From positions 3,906,001-3,970,000 of the forward strand of contig OX597824.1 in NCBI GenBank assembly GCA_951406725.2: DNA of 64,000 nucleotides. Direction: 5' to 3'. Made by a program: the position numbers and the translations under genes. This stretch comes from Octopus vulgaris. Its lineage: Eukaryota. The notes under the pieces were generated by a model. It made no database searches. It saw only the letters and a list, made by a program, of their open reading frames with translations, and was not told the DNA's origin. Positions 11,871-25,275 of this stretch are shown in pieces; position 1 is the first letter of the stretch, and the number at the start of each line of letters is the position of its first letter.

Positions 11871-12246
11871 GATAATTTTCTCAGAGTCTTAATTCCTAAA
11901 ACAACTTTTTTCCTTTGGTGCAATTATTTTGTCTGTTACCGTAGGTTTCATGTGAATTATGTTATTCAGTTGTTAATTTGACTCATTTTGAATGTTTTTA
12001 TTGTTCTTCATCAGCAGCCAATCGTTTTTATCCAACAAAGCTCAGCAATGTTGAAAACCCATAACTGTTGTTCAATCAGCTTCAAATGTTTATTTGATGA
12101 GTTACCACAGAATTATCACAGCGCCATCTATTAGCATTTATAAACCACTGTTTGCTCCCAAAGGATCGCTTTTGTTTGATGGTCTGATGATTGACTGCAC
12201 GAAACTCTGAGTAACAGTTTACAGAAGATTTTCAGCTTCAATAAAA

Positions 12247-12415
<169 letters not shown>

Positions 12416-12694
12416 AAAGGGTTTATATGTAAAGATATGTATATATAAAGGGATTTATATATATATATATATATATAAAGGCTTTTATTGTTATTTTATC
12501 TCGAGAGGTTAACGTGGAATTGAATATAGAACTGGGGGTTCTTCAATTATATTATTATGATAGCGACCACACCAGTCCATCAAAGCATACTTCATATATA
12601 ATCCTTTCAGTTTAACTGCCATAACACGTATGATTTAATCATTTCGAAGGAAAATAAAATCTTCGTAAAAGCTATTCAACTGGAAGTACATTAC

Positions 12695-12842
12695 TTGAAT
12701 ATTATGAACATTTCTCTCCTGTTGAAGAATTGAAGAATTGAAGAATTGAAGAATTGAAGAATCTCATTGGAAAGTTGACAAAGTGAAAATCCATTCAGAC
12801 ATGCAAGCACTTCGTCAATTTTCGCTTGATGATACAAGAATT
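12695..12842 (-). CDS. Weak exon candidate (phase 1 to 2, open frame EFLYHQAKIDEVLACLNGF...)
   Basis: ccctccattgtag acceptor, TTCAA|gtaatg donor; contains an 8-bp tandem repeat (TGAAGAAT x5). Confidence 0.25.
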
Positions 12843-13204
12843 CTACAATGGAGGGATTTATGCAAGACCTTTCCATAATGTTGGTTATAGAAAACCACAG
12901 ACAACAGAAGCTCAAAACAAACGAATAAAACAAAAAACAAAACAAAAATAATAATAATAATAATAAAGAAAAATGTAAAACAAATATATGTATAAAGCAG
13001 GAAACTAATTAAAACTCTAGGGGTAGGAATGGTTTGCATGTTCTCATGAGAATTCTTTGACATAATCTTTAACTTCATTGTAATCTCAGCCTTAAAGATG
13101 GCTTGGAAAAGTTACCTGAACAACCAGTTATGGTGAAACTATTGGTTGTAGTGTGTTCAATATGACTGAAGGAGGTTATTGAATAAAAATATTATACTCT
13201 AAAG

Positions 13205-13544
13205 TATAGGTTCTCAAAGTGGGTGCTACCACCCCCCAATGGACATTGAGATGATCCAGGTGGGCACTGGTACCTAAGGGGGTGGGGAGGCAGTAGAGAA
13301 AAAGGATGCATTGGGAGGGAGGCAGTGGATTGGGGGTGTTATCATCATCATTATGAACTTATTATAATATAATGGTATTGTGTACAAATTATATAATATT
13401 CTATTAAACATCAAATGATTCATAGTATATATAAATTAGTAAAGTATAAAATATATATTTATACATAAAAATAGGGGAGGGGGCACTGAGGGTATTATGT
13501 GGCCATGAGGGGACACTGTGGCCCCAAAAGTTTGGGAACCTCTG
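13205..13544. mobile_element. hAT (Charlie-type) MITE
   Basis: 8-bp TSD CTCTAAAG at 13197-13204 and 13545-13552; imperfect TIRs TATAGGTTCTCAAAGT / AGTTTGGGAACCTCTG. Confidence 0.85.
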
Positions 13545-14097
13545 CTCTAAAGCTTAAAAAGAAATTTGTAGAGTTCTTGCAACCATTTGAATGTATAAAA
13601 CGAAAATTGAAACCAAGTCAGACTTAGGTCTTCAGGTTGAATTTGAGCCAGAGCCCCTATTTCAGTTTTCATGTCATTTAAGCAGCCGAGAGTGCAATAC
13701 TCATCTACTGAATAGACTTGAGTCCATTGCAGAATGACTCTCCTCTCCATCGATGACCACCTACCATTAGTATCGTTTTTTATCTGAGTGTACCGGAGCA
13801 ACACGAAATGAAATATCTTGCTTAAGGACATGACACCCCACCTGATCCAGAATTAAATGCAAACAAGGAATAAATTAGCAATTAAATATTGCAGCTGATT
13901 TAACTTGTCTGAAAGCAATTATGCAGTGAGCCTTAACCCTTAACAGGCACAAGGTGCATATCCAGAAGTGGTTCTACTTCTGCTAATTGCTCTCTCCTCT
14001 CCCAATTTTATTATGAAGGCAAAGTGGGGATCCTTTTGCCTTACAGGGGCCAAAGCAACACCACTAGTGGTGATGCTTGCACACTCTCTAAATTTGT

Positions 14098-14187
14098 ATC
14101 TTCTTCTTCTTCTTCTTCATCATCTTCTTCTTCATCTTCTTCTTCTTCTTCTTCTTCTTCTTCTTCTTCTTCTTCTTCTTCTTCTTC

Positions 14188-14225
<38 letters not shown>
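14098..14225. repeat. (CTT)n(CAT)n repeat
   Basis: Direct reading. Confidence 0.95.
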
Positions 14226-14644
14226 GTTTTCCTCCTCCTCTTTCTTTCTCTTCTTCCTCCTCTTTCTTTGCTACCACCGCCACCACTTCATACTGACTGG
14301 GTGGTCCAAGACTGTAACTCGGTCAATGCTGTTCAGTGTCTTTTTAGTTAAAGCTATGGCTTTACTTCTGTTCAGAGTTACCTGTCTTCATTATTTCTCA
14401 TTGAGGAAAGCCGAAGAGCAAGAAATGCTGCATTTAAGAATCCAGCAGAGGGCAACACTGAGCAGATATGGTGGTTTTATTATTAGAGAGAATTTTTTTC
14501 TGCAAGGTAACTGTAGGGAATTTGCCTTCAGGAGTTAAAATATGTCACAAACATATTTCATCTGACCCAATGTGTGTGTATGCCTCATCACTGCTCGATG
14601 TTGATACTGATGATTATGTGTGTGTGTTTATATATATATGTCTA

Positions 14645-14918
14645 TTTGGCTGTGTGTTGTGTTCTTGAGCAAGACACTTTATTTCACGTTGCACCAATTC
14701 GCTCAGCTGTAGAAATAGTTGCAATGTTACTGGTGCCAAGCTGCATCGGCCTTTGTCTTTCCCTTGGATAACACTGGTATCATGGAGAGAGGAAGGTGGT
14801 ATGCATGGGCGACTGCTGGGATTCCATAAACAACTTTACCTGGACTTGTGCCTCAGAGGGGAACTTTCTAAGCTCCATCCAATGGTCATTCAAGATCAAA
14901 GGGGGTCTTAACCCTTTA
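14645..14918 (+). mobile_element. SINE family E (5'-truncated)
   Basis: TGTGTTCTTGAGCAAGACACTT core; homologous to the minus copy at 31862-32192. Confidence 0.7.
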
Positions 14919-15565
14919 TATATATATATACACAATTTAAAAATAAGATAAAATCTTTATAAGAAATAATCAAGTAGTTAGCGTGGAAAACCTCATAAGG
15001 GAAAAATTTATTAATTATTCCCTTCAAATATATTTATTTATATTAAGGGCATTACTATACATAAATGCCTCATGCTAGGAGGGACTCTTAAAGTCATAAC
15101 TACCATAATAAACACATTGTACCGAACGCGAGGGAATACAACTCTTGAAGTGAGCCTTTTAAAAACAGATTCAGCTGCAGATCATATGATTTCATAATTA
15201 GTGCACAAAATGCACTTTTTAATCGTCAGTGCATGCATAATCAAGACACATATAGATAGATAGATACACACATATATACATGTATGTATCTGTTTTTTCA
15301 TTTGTGCCTGTCCTCTCCTCACCCGTTGACAACCAGTGCTGGTTTGTTTATGTCCCCATAACTCAGTCATTCAGCAACAGACACCATCTGAATAAGAACC
15401 AAACTTTAAAGTAAATCAAAATATAAATAAATGCTGCGGTTGACTTGTTTAACTAAAACCTTTCAAGTTAGTGCCCCAGCTTGGCCACAATCCAATAACT
15501 GAAACAAATAAAAGAGAAACATGATGGATAAAGCAAAAAATATTAAAAAAAAAAGACTCTCTCAC

Positions 15566-15812
15566 CTCCAATTTCAAGCATTTTGGGATGAACAAATTTC
15601 TTAGATTTTAGGGTTGGATTAATAAAGACATTTGCTTCGTTTCCATAAAGTTTAAAGAGTTTCTGCTGCCATTTAATGGAAGTGGAATGGTTAGCATTTG
15701 GTAATGATTCCTTTGGATGTAATTCTGAGTTGTTACTGAGATCGATGTCTTCCCCATTGTCCTCTGAAGTTGTGACCACCTGAGAAGATTCTTCGAAATC
15801 AGAAATGGTTGC
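15566..15812 (-). CDS. Candidate exon 4 of an unrecognised minus-strand gene (ends the ORF with ..GNHF*, remainder would be UTR)
   Basis: ttgtctttgttattcag acceptor, GGAG|gtgaga donor; unique-sequence island; another frame is fully open (ATISDFEESSQVV..KMLEIG). Confidence 0.45.
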
Positions 15813-15929
15813 CTGAATAACAAAGACAAATACAATCCGTCAAGTTAGGAAGAACATGCAGGAGACGTGGGGGGGGTGATGTTTTTTTTTCTAGAAAAGC
15901 TATGGAAACTGTTGATCATGCTGAGAATA

Positions 15930-16161
15930 AAACGATGATGATGATGAAGGGGGTGAAGATGGTGAAGATAACGATGATGATAAGGAGGAGGATGGTGATG
16001 ATGATGATGATGACGATGATGATGATGAGGAGGATGGTGATGATGATGATGATGACGATGATGACGATGATGATAATGATGATGAAGGTGGTGAAGATGA
16101 CGATGATGATGGTAATGATGATGTTGATGACGACGATGATGATGGCGATGATGATGATGAC

Positions 16162-16206
<45 letters not shown>

Positions 16207-16540
16207 GGTGGTGAAGATGATGATGACGATGTTGATGATGATGATGGTGACAACGTTGATGATGATGGTGGTGGTGTTGGTGATGATGCTGATGGTTGCA
16301 GTGCAGGTGGTAATGATGCTGATGATGCTGATGATGACGACACTGATGATGGTGATAACGATGTTGGTGATGATATTAATGAGGACGAGGATGATGATGA
16401 CGACAACAACAATGATGATAATGATGAAGTTGATGACATTGATGACGGTGTTAATGACGGTGCTGATGACGACAACGATGATGATGATGGTGGTGGTGGT
16501 GGTGGTGATGATTGTGATGATGATTGTGATGATGATGCTG
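15930..16540. repeat. Degenerate (GAT)n tract
   Basis: Direct reading; source of the poly-S/M/I ORFs. Confidence 0.95.
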
Positions 16541-16559
16541 ATGTACTCAATGTGCTCAC

Positions 16560-16615
16560 CCATCTGCCTTGACATCTGGCCGTCCAGTTGTTCGATCAAC
16601 TGAATGACCTCCTCT
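16560..16615 (-). CDS. Candidate exon 3 (56 nt, phase 2 to 1; EEVIQLIEQLDGQMSRQM)
   Basis: ctttgcattgctaattcag acceptor, ATGG|gtgagc donor; in frame with the upstream exon. Confidence 0.55.
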
Positions 16616-17551
16616 CTGAATTAGCAATGCAAAGTGGTTGAGTATTACACAGACACCAAACTATCAGTGTTGTCATCACCATCGTCATCGTCATCATCAT
16701 CACTGCTATTGTTGTTGTTGTTGTTGTCCTCACTGTCACTGCTGCCATCCTCACCATGACCACCACCTGCTACTGCCGCCACCGCCACCGCCACTTCCCA
16801 GTCACAACCACTTCTATCATCACCACCATCGCTGCCACCGTAATCACCATGACCATCTCTAACAGCAATGCTACCACTACTACTACTAACAACAACAACA
16901 ACAACAACAACAACAGCAGCAAGAACTACAATGAACACCACTACCACCACCTCCACCACCACCACCACCATTAGCACACCAAATGACATTTATAAAATAG
17001 GGGTGAATGAGTGGATGAGCCTTAAGTTTTTGCATTTTCTTAAATTGCCAAATTGGAAAAACAAAAGAGAGATGAGGAACAAGAAGGAAGCAATTTCCTG
17101 TGCGTTTTGGTCAATAACTTCCTGTGGGGGGTGGGGCGGATGGGTGGAAAGTCAATTTAATGACAAGCTAATGACAATTATTAGGCAAGCTGAAGACAAT
17201 GGGAGGTGGCGCTGAAGGGAGCCGAAAAGTGGGCAAAATGGCAACAGCAGGTTGCAAGTAGAAATCAAGTGATTTCTTGACTTCGCAAATTAACCTTTGA
17301 TGTGTCAAAGAAATAAACAAAAATATAAAAAGAGAGTAAAAGAAGAAAAAAAGCCATTGAGTCAGATTCAGTGTGGTTGTCCAGGTACATCAAAAGGAAG
17401 ACCCCCGCCTCCCACCGACCAGGGGTTGTTTTTTTTCCATTTTTGTTTTTTTTCCTTTTGTTGTCACTCTGTCATTAATTATGATGAAGGCAGGTAGGAA
17501 TTTCCCTCAACCCCCGACATTTTGTTTAATGAGAAGAACATAGAGCAACAA

Positions 17552-17611
<60 letters not shown>

Positions 17612-17612
17612 C

Positions 17613-17647
<35 letters not shown>

Positions 17648-17648
17648 C

Positions 17649-17698
<50 letters not shown>

Positions 17699-17699
17699 C

Positions 17700-17762
<63 letters not shown>

Positions 17763-17785
17763 GTAATAATAATGATGATGATGAT
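17552..17785. repeat. (AAT)n microsatellite
   Basis: Direct reading. Confidence 0.95.
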
Positions 17786-17887
17786 AAAAATATAAAAATA
17801 AAGATATTATTTGATTTGTTTAATAATATTCATAGGATGTTAATATTAAGTGCAAAATTAAGTGTGTGTATATGCTGTGGTGATGGC

Positions 17888-17918
<31 letters not shown>

Positions 17919-18595
17919 GACATTAGTGGTGTCCTTGTTTGTCCCCTCTATGTTTAGCCCCCTGTGGGTATTTGATATGAATGCATTGAATAATGTAGTC
18001 CTAGAGACACTCATATGAACACGAAATGAGGGAGTCAAGGCTGAAAAGCTTTGGAATATAAACATCTTTAAACTTTATATAATGGTCATCATCATCGTCA
18101 TTATCATCATCAAAGCTGTCCTTAGCATCGGCATTCTTACTATCATAGTTGTTGTCATCATTGTCATCATTAGCATCATCATATTCACAATGAGTTCCCA
18201 AACAGGAACAAGTTTGTGAGAAAGGAAAGTAGCAAATTTGACCCCAATACATGACTGGTACTTGTTTTCATCACCTTTACAGGGACAGAAAGTGAGATCA
18301 ACCTCAAAGATATTTAACCTCAGAATATAATGGTAAAGAAGTGAACACCATTATAATAACATCAACATCAATGATGATGATGGTGATGATTTTTTCTGCC
18401 GCCTGACGGATTTTTCAGCAGTGACCAGTGCGTAGCGCTTTTTACCAACTTGCGGCCGCGCACATATAGAACAGTTCACACATACATGTTTCTAAGTAGA
18501 TTTTGTCTCGCCTCATATAATACACCTAATATTCTTTAAATAGTCAGAACTTTAGTCTCGGTCACAAAGAACATCTACGCACCCCGTGCTCTCAC

Positions 18596-18765
18596 CCACC
18601 GGAATGACTGCTGCCTGACCTGTTAAAATCTTCAACGCACCCACCACTCGATTTCAACATACATTGATAAACAGTTTGGCCATGGGCTCTTAGGAGCCTC
18701 GTTCGATTTGTTTTGCTGCGCCTCTGTTCTGTTTTTGTTTTTGCCAACGGAATTCCAATTTCTTC
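18596..18765 (-). CDS. Candidate exon 2 (170 nt, phase 0 to 2; EEIGIPLAKTKTEQRRSKTNRTRLLRAHGQTVYQCMLKSSGGCVEDFNRSGSSHSG)
   Basis: tgtctttctcttcag acceptor, GTGG|gtgaga donor; only frame 0 is open across the exon. Confidence 0.55.
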
Positions 18766-19053
18766 CTGAAGAGAAAGACACAATATGGGCTCCTTATTCA
18801 ATCGGAATTTGGTAAATTGTGGCTTTCGAAACACGTGTAGAATGCAATAAAACGATTTCTGTTCAATCTTCGCTCAACTCCATTTCTTCAATTCACTAAT
18901 AATATTAAAATTCAATTATCCGCACCAACGCACGGTTGCAACACCATATGGTTGTACCTCCAACCGTGCTGTCTTCTGCTGTGATTTTTGCTACCAAGGT
19001 ATCGGTTAAACTTTTGATTAATCTGCAACAAGATTATTCATCTTTCTATTTCA

Positions 19054-19107
<54 letters not shown>

Positions 19108-20445
19108 GATGGGCTTCTTTCAGTTTCTGTCTACTAAATCCACTCACCAGGCTTTTGGTCAGCCTGAGGCTACAGTAGAAGACACTTACCCAAGGTGCCA
19201 CACAGTGGGACTGAACCTGGAACCATGTGACTTGTTAATAGCTATCCCATGATGTCAAGGCAAGAAGATATTAACACACACATACACACACATATGATGG
19301 GCTTCTTTCAGTTTCCATCTACCAAATCCATTCACAAGGCATTGGTTTGCAGTGGGACTCAACTCAGACCCTTACAGTTGTAAGCCAAACCTCTTTACCA
19401 CACACTGATGCCTGCACCTATATATATTGACCAATAAATATTTGAAGGGAACAAAACTGGATTATTTTTGAAAAAAGAGGAAACAAAATCGCCTTCAAAG
19501 AGTTATGTTTGTAAAAATGAAAAATTCCAGCAAGAATTAAAAGTTTATGAGGACCAATTTGACATTTTTATTCTGAGGAAATATTAACAGACAGTCTTAA
19601 TCAGTAAAATAAAATACGTGAAACAAATCGACAAAACAGAAAAATCAATTTTTGCCCATTTGTGCTCAGCATGTGGACGGGTCACACACTTTGATTTCTT
19701 AAATTATAAACTGTAATGAATTGGTAATTTGGAAATGATTAGAAATTTTCAATTATTAATTTTGTAAATTGCATCTTAAGGTGGTGAGCTGGCTGAATGG
19801 TCAGAGTACTGGACACAGTGTCTAGTGATGTTCCTTCCAATGCCTTCTGTTCTGAGCTCGAATTCTGCTGTGGTCAAATTTTGCTTTTCATCCTTTTGGG
19901 GTCAATAAGGTAAAGTATCAATCAAGTATTGGCATCAATGGTGCCAACCAATTCTCTCTCGACTCAAAATTTCTGGCCTTGGGACAAAATCTGAAGCTAT
20001 TAAAGATAGTGAGCTTGGAGAACCATTAGTGCAGTGGATAAAATGTTTAGTGACATTTCTTTCAGTTCATTACATGCCGAGTTCAAATCCTGTTGAAGGC
20101 AACTTTGCATTTTTCCCTTTCAGGGTCAATAAAATAAAGTACCATTCAAATACTAGGATCAGCATAATGAAACTAGCCCCTAACCATAGAATTTCTGGCA
20201 TTGTGCCAAAATTTGAAACAGGTTTGTAAATTATATGAATAAAGAACAATTTCTAATTATCAATATTTTTGTCACCAGTTTGATAATAGTCATTATAATA
20301 AGAAGTCCCCTTAATTTAAACCCCATTTGATAAATGCCATGTTTGAAGAACTCAGCCTGTAAGTCACCTTATAACTTCTGCTGGTTAAAAACTAAAACCA
20401 AAAACATATTTTTGTTTATTATAAATATCAATGGTTTTCTTTCAC

Positions 20446-20502
20446 CGAATTCTTTCCCAGCATCTCCTTCTTGGTGCCGTCTGTGTGCTGTGTCTCTTCC
20501 AT
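20446..20502 (-). CDS. Candidate first coding segment (MEETQHTDGTKKEMLGKNS)
   Basis: ttcATGG start with an in-frame upstream TGA; TCG|gtgaaa donor, phase 0 matches the next exon. Confidence 0.4.
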
Positions 20503-21014
20503 GAATTTCAAATCTTCTCAACAACAACCACAACCAGGATACAGTTGAACGCAATGGAAAAGGCCAGCATTTGGCAGAGAAATTATTGCGGTTTGTATAT
20601 TTACTATTAATCACCCAAAGTCTCTTCTGCTAACGATGTTTCTGCATAGTTAATAACCATTCATTGCTCTCATTAATTATGTATGAAATTTTTGTCGCAC
20701 CACTTCAATACTGAAAGCATTACATTAGCAGCTCTACATTATCTGACCGTTATTCTGCTGAGCAATATTCATTTCATTTCCCTACGAAAGCACTCATTCC
20801 ACAAATGGTTTGTTTTCCAAGAAATTACTTTCACTTTTTAATAACGTGTGGCTCTGTGGTTAAGAGGATTGCTTCCCATTGGTCCAGTCTCATTGCATGG
20901 CACTTGTGGCCCAGGTGAACCAAAGTCCTGTGTAAGTGGGTTCGGGAGATGGAAACTGATAGAAGCTTGTCATATATATGTGTTTACACACACACACACA
21001 CACACACATCCAAG

Positions 21015-21200
21015 CAGGTGTCACATTAAAAGCATCAAGAACACACTGTAAAGTGGTTGGCATTAGAAAGGGAATCCAAATGTAGAAGCCAAAATAAGAC
21101 TCTGGTGCAGATCTCCTGTTTGATAGCTCTGGTCAAACTGTCCAACCCATGCCAGCATGGAAAACAGATGCTAAAGGATGATGATGATGATGATGATGAT
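21015..21200 (+). mobile_element. SINE-like family A 3' part
   Basis: GTGGTTGGCATTAGAAAGGG...CCAACCCATGCCAGCATGGAAAA plus (GAT)n. Confidence 0.75.
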
Positions 21201-21209
21201 CTGTTATAA

Positions 21210-21383
<174 letters not shown>

Positions 21384-21604
21384 CGCATGTCTATTTCTCG
21401 TTAATTGGGAGCCAGCCTCCCTCTTCGTAGAAGTGGTGATGTTTATGCTTGTGATCTTTCAAGGAACCATTTCCGAACCGGGGGAAAATTGCCATCTTTG
21501 GAATCTGGTGAGGATGAGCAACAGGAAGAGCTTCCGGCCAGAGAGATTCTGCTTCGATGAATCTTGTTTGATCTGTACAAGCATGGGAACGTAGATGTTA
21601 AAAC

Positions 21605-21647
21605 AATGATGAAGAAGACGCTGATGATGATGATGATGACGATGATG

Positions 21648-21687
<40 letters not shown>

Positions 21688-21695
21688 CGATGATG

Positions 21696-21729
<34 letters not shown>

Positions 21730-21749
21730 CAATGATGATGACGATGATG

Positions 21750-21783
<34 letters not shown>

Positions 21784-21970
21784 CGACGATGATGATGATG
21801 ATGACAATGATGATGACGATGATGATGAGGATGATGATGATGATGATGATGACAATAATGAAGACTATGATGAGGATGATGATGCTGATGGGGATGATGA
21901 TGATGATGATGAGGATGATGGGGATGATGATGATGATGATGAGGATGATGAGGATAATGATGCTCATGAG

Positions 21971-22001
<31 letters not shown>

Positions 22002-22063
22002 ATGAGGATGATGATGATGATGAGGATGATGACGACGACGACGACGACGACGATGATGATGAT
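21605..22063. repeat. (GAT)n tract
   Basis: Direct reading. Confidence 0.95.
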
Positions 22064-22376
22064 ATTATATATGTATATGTAATTATGCAGAGAAACCCCC
22101 CCACACACACACACCCATGCACAGATGCATTTAGCTGTTATTAACTTCTTCCTGTTGTTTATGGTTTTTTTGTTTTGTTGTTTCTTTTATTTCTCCCAAT
22201 TCCTCTCCAGCTTTTCTCTCTCTCTCCACAATTTCTGTCATTCTATTTCTGTTGAACAAAACGCTCGCCATTTATCGTCTCATTAATGATTAAATCATTA
22301 AAAAATAGAATAGACTTCACACATGCACACACACACACATGTTAAAATACAAAAATGCACACATATACACACAACC

Positions 22377-22413
<37 letters not shown>

Positions 22414-22531
22414 TCATCCACTGTCATTTATATACTCTAAAGAAAATATATTTATACATCATATTTGTGGAAGTGTGTCTGCGTATAACACACATAAATT
22501 TGTGTATTTACGCAACATACATACACACATG

Positions 22532-22563
<32 letters not shown>

Positions 22564-22581
22564 TCCATTCCGTTATTTGCT

Positions 22582-24673
22582 TCTGTCATTAGACTGTGGC
22601 AATCCTGGAGTTACTGACGTTAGACTGTGGTTATCCAGGGGTTACTGTCATTAGACTGTGGCTATCCTGGGGTTACTGTCGTTAGACTGTGGCTATCCTG
22701 GACTTACTGTCGTTAGACTGTGTTTATCCTGGGGTTACTGTCGTTAGACTGTGGCTATCCTGGAGTTACTGTCATTAGACTGTGGTTATCCTGGGGTTAC
22801 TGTCGTTAGACTGTGGCTATCCTGGACTTACTGTCGTTAGACTGTGTTTATCCTGGGGTTACTGTCGTTAGACTGTGGCTATCCTGGAGTTACTGTCATT
22901 AGACTGTGGTTATCCTGGGGTTACTGTCGTTAGACTGTGGCTATCCTGGAGTTACTGTCGTTAGACTGTGGTTATCCTGGGGTTACTGTCGTTAGACTGT
23001 GGCTATCCTGGAGTTACTGTCATTAGACTGTGGTTATCCTGGGGTTACTGTCGTTAGACTGTGGCTATCCTGGAGTTACTGTCGTCAGACTGTGGTTATC
23101 CTGGGGTTACTGTCGTTAGACTGTGGCTATCCTGTGGTTACTGTCGTTAGACTGTGGTTATCCTGGGGTTACTATCATTAGACCGTGGCTATCCCGGGGT
23201 TACTGTCGTTAGACTGTGGCTACCCTGGTGTTACTGTCGTTAGACTATGGCTATGCTGGGGTTACTGTCGTTAGACTGTGGCTATCCTAGGGTTACTGTC
23301 ATTAGACTGTGGCTATCCTGGGGTTACTGTCGTTAGATTGTGGCCACTCTAGGGTTACTGTCGTTAGACTGTGGCCATTTTAGGGTTACTGTCATTAGAC
23401 TGTGGCCATTCTAGGGTTACTGTCATTAGACTGTGGCTATCCTGCGGTTAGTCATTAGACTGTGGCCATTCTAGAGTTACTGTCGTTAGACTGTGGCTAT
23501 CCTGAGGTTACTGTCGTTAGACTGTGGCCATTTTAGGGTTACTGTCATTAGACTGTGGCTATCCTGGAGTTACTGTCGTTAGACTGTGGTTATCCTGGGG
23601 TTACTGTCGTTAGACTGTGGCTATCCTGTGGTTACTGTCGTTAGACTGTGGTTATCCTGGGGTTACTATCATTAGACCGTGGCTATCCCGGGGTTACTGT
23701 CGTTAGACTGTGGCTACCCAGGTGTTACTGTCGTTAGACTATGGCTATCCTGGGGATACTGTCGTTAGACTGTGGCTATCCTGGGGTTACTGTCATTAGA
23801 CTGTGGCTATCCTGGGGTTACTGTCGTTAGATTGTGGCCATTCTAGGGTTACTGTCGTTAGACTGTGGCCATTTTAGGGTTACTGTCATTAGACTGTGGC
23901 CATTCTAGGGTTACTGTCATTAGACTGTGGCTATCCTGCGGTTAGTCATTAGACTGTGGCCATTCTAGGGTTACTGTCGTTAGACTGTGGCTATCCTGGG
24001 GTTACTGTCGTTAGACTGTGGCCATTTTAGGGTTACTGTCATTAGACTGTGGCTATCCTGGAGTTACTGTCATTAGACTGTGGTTAACCTGGGGTTACTG
24101 TCGTTAGACTGTGGCTATCCTGGAGTTACTGTCGTTAGACTGTGTTTATCCTGGGGTTACTGTCGTTAGACTGTGGCTACTGTCGTTAGACTGTGGTTAT
24201 CCTGGGGTTACTATCATTAGACCGTGGCTATCCCGGGGTTACTGTCGTTAGACTGTGGCTACCCTGGTGTAACTGTCGTTAGACTGTGGCTATCCTGGGG
24301 TTACTGTCATTAGACTGTGGCTATCCTGAGGTTACTGTCGTTAGACTGTGGCTAACCTAGGGTTACTGTCGTTAGACTGTGGCTATCCTGGGGTTACTGT
24401 CATTAGACTTTGGCTATCCTGAGGTTACTGTCGTTAGACTGTGGCTATCCTAGGGTTACTGTCGTTAGACTGTGGCTATCCTGGGGTTACTGTCGTTAGA
24501 CTGTGGCTATCCTGAGGTTACTGTCGTTAGACTGTGGTTATCCTAGGGTTACTGTCGTTAGACTGTGGCTATCCCGGGGTTACTGTCGTTAGACTGTGGC
24601 TATCCTGGGGTTACTATCATTAGACCGTGGCCACCCTGGGGTTACTGTCGTTAGACTGTGGCTACCCTGGGGT
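22582..24673. repeat. 31-bp minisatellite (AGACTGTGGCTATCCTGGGGTTACTGTCGTT), ~67 units, with higher-order repeats
   Basis: Head-to-tail units without spacers; diagnostic variants recur at 124, 494 and 545 bp spacing. Confidence 0.95.
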
Positions 24674-24886
24674 TTCTGGTTTAAAGGGTTTTACTTAATA
24701 ACATCAATTCCAGTGCTGTTTTACAAATCCAGTTCTTCTCTTATCGATTTCTATTTGTCGAACCACATGACTTCAGGATTTTCCAAAAGTGCTGTGAGCA
24801 GGAATTATGCAATATTTTGACTCAACATGTCTAACATTCCGTGATAACTGTTTCTTTACTTGGATATCATACAGTTCCAAGACAAC

Positions 24887-25275
24887 ATCATCATCATCAT
24901 CATCATCATCATCGTTTAATGTCCGCTTTGCATGCTGGCATGGGTTGGACGATTTGACTGAGGAATGGTGAACCATATGGCTGCACCAGGCTCCAGTCTG
25001 ATCTGGCAGAGTTTCTACAGCTGGATGCTCTTCCTAATGCCAACCACTCCGAGAGTGTAGTGGGTGCTTTTACATGTCACTGGCATGAGGGCCAGTCAGG
25101 CGGTACTGGCAATGGCCATGCTCAAATGGTGTTTTTGTATGCCACCTGCACAAGAGCCAGTCCAGCGGCACTGGCAATGACCTCGCTCAAATGTTTTTTC
25201 ACGTGCCACTGGTACAAGTGCTAGTAAGCCGACGCTGGTAATGGTCACACCTGAATGGTGCTTTTGATGTGCCTC
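24887..25275 (-). mobile_element. SINE-like family A
   Basis: (CAT)n plus tail plus 4 internal repeats. Confidence 0.85.

Noticed and set aside
15900-16603. Long ORFs of 200+ aa (poly-S/M/I); similar ORFs at 21443-22114, 33572-34362, 35370-36173 and 62557-63785
   Set aside because: Translations of microsatellites that lack stop codons in several frames
18660-18700. Globin E-helix resemblance (LLRAHGQTVY)
   Set aside because: No proximal histidine or CD-corner Phe at suitable spacing; not enough for a family call
22582-24673. CRISPR-like array
   Set aside because: Units are contiguous 31-mers with no unique spacers, no cas genes, and the context is eukaryotic
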